Origin: Methanobacteriota archaeon
GTDB lineage: Archaea > Thermoplasmatota > Thermoplasmata > SG8-5 > JAGLSY01
Direction: 5' to 3'
DNA length: 64,000 nucleotides
Assembly: GCA_020696385.1 (NCBI GenBank)
Contig: JAEHCQ010000007.1
Coordinates: forward strand, 1-64,000
Shown: positions 58,322-64,000 of the stretch, one piece after another
How positions within the stretch are numbered: position 1 is the stretch's first letter
How the letters are laid out: every line of letters starts with the position of its first letter
Translations under genes and position numbers: made by a program
The notes under the pieces: model-generated
What the model was told of the DNA's origin: nothing
Databases searched by the model: none
Seen by the model: only the letters and a program-made list of their open reading frames with translations

Positions 58322-59445
58322 TGTCAGAAAATCTCAAGGCCGTCATTCTAGCAGGCGGTATTGGAAAACGCCTGAGGCCATTGACCGAACACAGGCCAAA
58401 ACCATTGATACCCGTGGCAGGCAGACCATGTATTGATTTTGTTATCAGATCCTTAGTAAAAGGCGGCTTCACAGAGATCATTGTAACAACTGGCTATCTG
58501 TCAGATAGGCTAATAAAAAGTATCGGAGATGGCTCCAAGTACGGAGCGACCATTCTTTATTCCTTCGAGGAAGAGCCAGCTGGAACTGCGGGCGCAGTCA
58601 AGAAGGTGGCTGATTTTCTGGACGACACATTTGTTGTCGCCAGCGGCGATCTTTTGGCAGATATCGACATGGGCCAGCTTTTGAAATATCACAAGGACAA
58701 GGAAGCGATGGCCACCATGGCCCTGACAAAGGTCAGTGACCCCACGGACTTTGGTATCGTGGGTATGAACAAGGCCAATAAGATCACAAAATTCGCAGAG
58801 AAACCGAAGAAAAAGGATGTCTTCTCTAACCTTATCAATGCAGGTATCTACGTTCTTGAGCCAGAGGTCCTGGACATGATACCCGAGAATACGATGTACG
58901 ATTTCTCCAAGCAGGTCTTCCCCGAGCTTCTGGCAGCGGATAAAAAACTGTACGGAAAGATGATCAAGGGCATCTGGAGAGATATTGGAAAACCCATCGA
59001 CCTCCTTCAAGCCAGCCTGGATGTTGTTGAAAGGGAAGGCACGAAGATCAAGCTGGAGAAAGTGAAGACAAAGGGCAATATCATCATTGGAAAGAACACG
59101 GCCATCGAGAAGGGCGTGAAGATCATCGGGCCAGCATACATCGGTGATGATGTCTATGTTAGCTCTGGAACGGTCATAGACAAGTCATGTATCTATGATA
59201 GCGTTTTCATCGACCGGGACACGAACATAAAGAACAGTATAATCCTGGATGGCAGCAAGATAGGGTGGCAGAGCACCATTGTGGAAAGTGTGATCTCCAG
59301 GGATTGCCAGGTTGAAGAGGACGTGACAATCACCAAGAGCATAATCGGGGACAAGATGACGGTGAAGATCCACTCGAAATTGGAAGATGCGAACCTCACC
59401 CAGCCCCCAGAGAGCAATAATGGCAATAGTAATCGCAATTTATAG
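58321..59445 (+). CDS. NDP-sugar pyrophosphorylase (mannose-1-P guanylyltransferase family)
   Basis: AVILAGGIGKRLRPLT..PKPL, GTAGA, EKP, C-terminal hexapeptide repeats. Confidence 0.9.
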   Translation: MSENLKAVILAGGIGKRLRPLTEHRPKPLIPVAGRPCIDFVIRSLVKGGFTEIIVTTGYLSDRLIKSIGDGSKYGATILYSFEEEPAGTAGAVKKVADFLDDTFVVASGDLLADIDMGQLLKYHKDKEAMATMALTKVSDPTDFGIVGMNKANKITKFAEKPKKKDVFSNLINAGIYVLEPEVLDMIPENTMYDFSKQVFPELLAADKKLYGKMIKGIWRDIGKPIDLLQASLDVVEREGTKIKLEKVKTKGNIIIGKNTAIEKGVKIIGPAYIGDDVYVSSGTVIDKSCIYDSVFIDRDTNIKNSIILDGSKIGWQSTIVESVISRDCQVEEDVTITKSIIGDKMTVKIHSKLEDANLTQPPESNNGNSNRNL

Positions 59446-59507
59446 GCCATGAACCTCCAGCTAGAGTTGGAAGCTGCAATTTGTAACTAATTTCCATCTA
59501 TTTTCAT

Positions 59508-60089
59508 TCAAGGATAAGAGATGATTACTTCAGTCCCGGCAGTGATATTATTTTCAGCAGCCAGCCCGTAGTTCATTTCGAGCACGTACAATGCAGGACC
59601 ATCACTGTGATATCTTATCAACTGTATATCTGGCGTGGCATTGTCCTCCACAATGGCCTCTTCCACATTGAGAACCTTAAGATCTTCACCTATGAACACG
59701 ATATCAAGGGGTATCTCCACATTATTCATCCAGAATGTCCTATCATCGGGCTCGTTGAAAATGAACAGCATGCCTCGATCCTGAGAAAGATTTGTCACAT
59801 ACATCAGACCCTGCTGCCTGTCTGCTGTTGTATTGGCGATATCGCAGAATATTGTGAGGTTGGCATTTGTACTTCCTGATGTGTCTGGCATAAGGGTGAC
59901 CGATGCCTCATAATCGATGGTATTGTTTACAAGATCATCGTCAGGTCCATTATCGTCGTCATCATCATCACCATCGTTTTCATCATCCTGATCAGGTTCC
60001 AGACCCACATAAAGCAAGGCTGAGACCACCAATATCGAGATGATGGCTATGGCCAATATGATAATGATCTTATCTTTGGGCAATCTCAC
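59508..60089 (-). CDS. DUF192 family membrane-anchored protein
   Basis: RQQGLM, GMLFIF, FWMNNVEIPLDIVF, YVLE. Confidence 0.88.
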   Translation of the reverse strand: MRLPKDKIIIILAIAIISILVVSALLYVGLEPDQDDENDGDDDDDDNGPDDDLVNNTIDYEASVTLMPDTSGSTNANLTIFCDIANTTADRQQGLMYVTNLSQDRGMLFIFNEPDDRTFWMNNVEIPLDIVFIGEDLKVLNVEEAIVEDNATPDIQLIRYHSDGPALYVLEMNYGLAAENNITAGTEVIISYP

Positions 60090-60227
60090 ACCAGATGATA
60101 CATGAAGTTCAGTCTATTTTAAACTTCATGTTTCAGAGAATTTTATCAGCCAGTTTGAAGTCAGGAGGTCCTTGACCAGGTCTGCTAACAACCATCAGTA
60201 AAACTTAGGGATGATTTAATATCCAAA

Positions 60228-61001
60228 GTGGCCAATCATGTCCTGATGACCGAATGGGATGCCGAGATTTTGATCATTATCATATGTTTCACATTATCAT
60301 TCTTAGCCCATAGAAAATCAATTCTGACAAAAAATGGTTCTATCGGAGCCTTTTTCGTCGGCATCATCATAGGCATAATGGGACATATCACCTGGGTCAT
60401 TCTATTATTGATATTCTTCCTGACCAGCTTCCTTGCCACCAAATATAAATTTGAATACAAGAAAACTAAGGGACTTCAGGAAGGGAAAGGCGGCGAGAGA
60501 GGGCTGAAGAACGTACTGGCAAATGGGGCTGTGCCAGTCCTTATCGCGATATTGAGCTTCGTATCCGAACACTATTCCTATCTTGACAAGGGGACATGGT
60601 CGATAATATTCATCTCATCGATCGCGGTCGCTGCTTCAGACACCCTGGCCAGTGAATTGGGAGTGATATCGGATAAAGTATATCTCATCACCAATGGAAA
60701 AAGGGTGAAAGCGGGCGTGGATGGTGGGATTTCCGCCCTCGGGCAAATGGCGGCCTTCATTGCCGCCGCCTATACCGCGGCACTTGGATTCCTGGCCTTT
60801 ACGTATTTCGATCTCATAGACCAGTGCTGGTGCTTCGTAATACCTCTCGTCACTTTCATCGGTTTCCTTGGATGTCAGGTCGACAGTGTCTTCGGGGCAA
60901 CCCTGGAAACAAAGGGAATACTTACAAAATTAACAAATAATCTGTCGTCAATAGCTATTGGCGCGATAATAGCATGGTGGATACTGACATGGCTCGTATG
61001 A
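60228..61001 (+). CDS. DUF92 (TMEM19) membrane protein
   Basis: NVLANG, SDTLASELG, GVDGGIS, DSVFGATLE. Confidence 0.88.
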   Translation: MANHVLMTEWDAEILIIIICFTLSFLAHRKSILTKNGSIGAFFVGIIIGIMGHITWVILLLIFFLTSFLATKYKFEYKKTKGLQEGKGGERGLKNVLANGAVPVLIAILSFVSEHYSYLDKGTWSIIFISSIAVAASDTLASELGVISDKVYLITNGKRVKAGVDGGISALGQMAAFIAAAYTAALGFLAFTYFDLIDQCWCFVIPLVTFIGFLGCQVDSVFGATLETKGILTKLTNNLSSIAIGAIIAWWILTWLV

Positions 61002-62218
61002 AGATACTGATGATCATATGTGATGGGATGGCTGACAGGCCGTCGAATGAATTGAAGGGCAAGACCCCGATGGAAGCCGCCTCCACGCCGGCCATGGACA
61101 AGCTGGCAAAGCAAGGTTCCAATGGTCTGATGGACCCGATCGGAAAGGGCATAGTTCCAGGTAGTGACACAGCCCATCTTTCACTTTTTGGCTATGATCC
61201 ATACACTTATTATTGCGGCAGAGGAACTCTCGAAGCCGCCGGCCTCGGCATTTACATGAAAAATGGCGATGTGGCCTTCAGATGTAATTTCGCGACAGCC
61301 GATAGCGACCTGCGGATACTCGACCGCAGGGCTGGCAGAATTGCCTTCGGAACTGAAGAACTGGCCGAGTCCATAAACGGGCTGGTGATCGACGGCGTGA
61401 AGGTGATATTCAAGGACGCGGTCGAGCATCGTTCCGTCATGGTCCTTCGAGGCCCTGGACTTAGCTCGAATGTTTCTGAGGTCGACCCCCATCACGAGAA
61501 TGAAATAGCCTGGAAATCCGTAGCTACGAAACCTGGCGCGGAGAAGACCGCGGACATACTGAATAAATTCACCAGAATGTCCTTTGACATTCTGCACAAA
61601 CACCCGATAAATATCGCAAGAAAGGAAGAGGGATTGCTTCCCGCGAACATCATACTGGCCAGAGGCCCGGGGGACGTGCCAGACATCCCGACCTTCAAAG
61701 AGGTTCATGGAATGAAGGCCTCGGCCATAGTCGGGATCACTCTTGTCAAAGGTCTGTGCCGCATAATTGGAATGGAAGTGCCCGAGATAGAGGGCGCGAC
61801 CGGAGGAGCGGACACCAGCCTGCAAAATAAAACGCAGGCTGTCCTGGAAGCTCTGGAAGACCATGACTTCGTGCTGTGGCATATCAAGGCGACCGATGTC
61901 TTCGGTCATGATGGCGACGCCACTGGCAAAAGGGACTTCATCGAGAAGATCGATGCAAGTTTGGCTGGTTTGGTGGAAAACCTGGATGACCAGGTTCTGA
62001 TCGCCATAACCGCCGACCATTCCACGCCAACCACGGTAAAGGACCATGCTTCCGACCCCGTGCCTTTGCTGATATATGGCAAAGGATTGAGGGCTGATAA
62101 AGTACAGGCATTCAATGAGCTGGAGGTTTCCCAGGGATCCTTGGGAACCATTCAAGGCCTGGAGCTTATGCAGATATTGAAGGGGCTTGGGGGATGGAAC
62201 GATAAGTTCGGTGCGTAA
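60998..62218 (+). CDS. apgM: 2,3-bisphosphoglycerate-independent phosphoglycerate mutase, archaeal type
   Basis: DGMADRP, PGSDTAHL, GRGTLEAAG, DVFGHDG, TADHSTP. Confidence 0.94.
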   Translation: MKILMIICDGMADRPSNELKGKTPMEAASTPAMDKLAKQGSNGLMDPIGKGIVPGSDTAHLSLFGYDPYTYYCGRGTLEAAGLGIYMKNGDVAFRCNFATADSDLRILDRRAGRIAFGTEELAESINGLVIDGVKVIFKDAVEHRSVMVLRGPGLSSNVSEVDPHHENEIAWKSVATKPGAEKTADILNKFTRMSFDILHKHPINIARKEEGLLPANIILARGPGDVPDIPTFKEVHGMKASAIVGITLVKGLCRIIGMEVPEIEGATGGADTSLQNKTQAVLEALEDHDFVLWHIKATDVFGHDGDATGKRDFIEKIDASLAGLVENLDDQVLIAITADHSTPTTVKDHASDPVPLLIYGKGLRADKVQAFNELEVSQGSLGTIQGLELMQILKGLGGWNDKFGA

Positions 62219-62270
62219 GCCTTTTCTTACTTCCTATCTACCTTAAATATAATATCGATAATGGCAGTTC

Positions 62271-63254
62271 GTGAACGCAAAGAGCATACCCACTGTACTA
62301 TCGGCAGACGAGATACTGGAAAAAGCCTTCAAGAGAGCGGACAAGTTCCAGATCTGGAACGCGGGCAATCGTAAGAAGACCCGCGCGGAATCTGGCTCGA
62401 AGCTCAATTCATTCGGCCACACGATATCCAGTAAATTGAGAATGTATGTGAGAAAGTTCCCCAGCATGGACCAGCTTCACCCCTTCTATTATTCACTCAT
62501 TGATCTCAAGATCGACAATGACAAGCTCAGGCACTCACTGGGCGCCTTGCAATGGGCGGCCAATACCACGGACGCGGTCCTCAAAGAGAATGAGAGGAAG
62601 CTCAAAGGAGCCGAGGGCAAGAAGGACATGGAGAAGGTGAGAAAGGGTGCGTACGGCAGGATCTCATCGATCGTCAGAAAAGTGGAGAAAGACCTTGTCC
62701 TGCTTCAGGAAACAAGAGAGTTCATGAAGACACTTCCAGAGATAGATGTCGATGAGCCAGTCACTGTTATCGCGGGCGCTCCGAATGTCGGAAAGTCAGC
62801 TGTGATGACAAGGCTGACAGCGGCCACACCCAAAATCGCTTCCTATCCTTTCACCACCCAGAACATTAGCATCGGGCACATGGACCTGGAAGGAGAAAGA
62901 TTCCAGATCATGGACACCCCGGGATTGCTGGACAGACCTCTTGAGGAGAGAAATGACATCGAAAGGCACGCGATCTTGGCAATAGAACATATTGCCAGCG
63001 TCATTGTCTTCATCCTCGACCCATCGGAATCATGCGGCTATGTCATGGAGGAGCAGAAGAATCTGCGAGCCACCATCATGAAGTCCTTCCCCGAGGCAAG
63101 ATTCATCACTATCACGAACAAATCCGATATGGCGACCATGGACGAGCACATGGCCGTTTCAGCTCTGTACGACAAGGGATTTGATGAGCTGGAAAAACTT
63201 CTTTACAAGGAGCTGGATGCAATTCCACCTGCACCTTATTATGGGCCGGATTGA
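62271..63254 (+). CDS. NOG1-family GTP-binding protein
   Basis: GAPNVGKS, YPFTT, DTPGLLDRP, NKSD. Confidence 0.92.
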   Translation: MNAKSIPTVLSADEILEKAFKRADKFQIWNAGNRKKTRAESGSKLNSFGHTISSKLRMYVRKFPSMDQLHPFYYSLIDLKIDNDKLRHSLGALQWAANTTDAVLKENERKLKGAEGKKDMEKVRKGAYGRISSIVRKVEKDLVLLQETREFMKTLPEIDVDEPVTVIAGAPNVGKSAVMTRLTAATPKIASYPFTTQNISIGHMDLEGERFQIMDTPGLLDRPLEERNDIERHAILAIEHIASVIVFILDPSESCGYVMEEQKNLRATIMKSFPEARFITITNKSDMATMDEHMAVSALYDKGFDELEKLLYKELDAIPPAPYYGPD

Positions 63255-63266
63255 GTAATAGAAAGA

Positions 63267-64000
63267 TCAATCCCAGAACCTCTTCGTTCTCGCATACTTA
63301 ACTTCCGCATTGAGGATGGCAGTTAAGAAATCATCCTCATCCTGATACGATCTCTGAAGGATCAAAGCCGCATTGCCAGGCCCCACACCCCGGGCGGCCA
63401 GGCAGAGCGCGGCCTTCTGTCCATGATTGCTCATTAAAGAGGCTGTTTTCATCATGTTCTTTATTTCCTTCTTTTCTTCGAGGGTTGGATTCTTCTTTTT
63501 TAGAAGCTTCAGGCGATCCATCTGGTGCCTTCTTATAGTGGCCACCATGACCGCACCGCATTTGTCGCAGGATACACGATCCTGGATGGATGACACGGAT
63601 CGTATGGACTTGCTACTGCAGTTCATGCACACCTGAACCATTCGTTCCTTCTCCAGTCGCTTTTTGAGGGCCATGAGGATCGCGTGAGTTGGACGTGCTG
63701 GCATCATCATGTCCATTCTCTGTTCTATACCCTCCTTACCGATGGGTGATAGAGCAGATCTCTCCAGAGTGATCTTCCCACTCTGGATCCTCTCGATTAT
63801 TTGAATGGTCAAGGGGATGTCCAGGTTCTCATAAACGGTCTTGTTTATTGCCTCCTTCATTATCGGAGTTCCAGTGTACGATCCCATTATTCTCTCGATG
63901 TTCAGGCTTCGGTAATCCGCATCCTTTCTGATGGCTCCGAACTTCTTGGCCACGTACACGAACTTCCACCTTAGGTAGGCCGTGTTCCGGAGGTATATCC
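63267..64000 (-). CDS. Lhr-family helicase, C-terminal part (starts beyond the window)
   Basis: VAKKFGAI, Zn ribbon CMNC..CDKC, LAARGVGP, YARTKRFWD. Confidence 0.8.
   Translation of the reverse strand, partial: IYLRNTAYLRWKFVYVAKKFGAIRKDADYRSLNIERIMGSYTGTPIMKEAINKTVYENLDIPLTIQIIERIQSGKITLERSALSPIGKEGIEQRMDMMMPARPTHAILMALKKRLEKERMVQVCMNCSSKSIRSVSSIQDRVSCDKCGAVMVATIRRHQMDRLKLLKKKNPTLEEKKEIKNMMKTASLMSNHGQKAALCLAARGVGPGNAALILQRSYQDEDDFLTAILNAEVKYARTKRFWD

Noticed and set aside
61181-62155. Long antisense ORFs (also 23041-23814 and 23337-23945)
   Set aside because: Shadows of well-supported genes, with no recognisable motifs.

Overview
Archaeal chromosomal segment. The 16S 3' end, an rRNA gene unlinked from 23S, and the gene content point to an anaerobic Thermoplasmata lineage; that assignment is inferred, not searched. 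Contents in order: 16S rRNA 3' end, topA, pyrBI, a membrane H+-pyrophosphatase, the rpo7-spt4-DUF359-rps24e-rps27ae cluster, an intron-containing tRNA-Arg(CCG), a 13-gene HdrCB / fumarate-reductase-like / Kor / HdrA-MvhD-Flx operon, tRNA-Arg(TCG), a redox-defence cluster, malic enzyme, an AT-rich island with a 1646-aa secreted Hint-domain protein plus a WD40 protein, the complete A-type ATP synthase operon, and housekeeping genes. Four observations stand out. (1) Every intergenic gap over 40 nt in the Hdr-Flx operon, and one in the ATP synthase operon, is spanned by an unannotated micro-ORF running from the upstream stop codon to the downstream start codon. Three are homologous palindromic elements encoding MREQSD...NPxMxWxD peptides whose internal hairpin insertions keep the reading frame. 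(2) A structured 226/282-nt element with terminal inverted repeats occurs twice. (3) A rhodanese is fused to a sulfur-oxygenase-reductase-like domain. (4) The Hint domain lacks a splicing nucleophile. All protein calls come from motif recognition by eye; no database was consulted.
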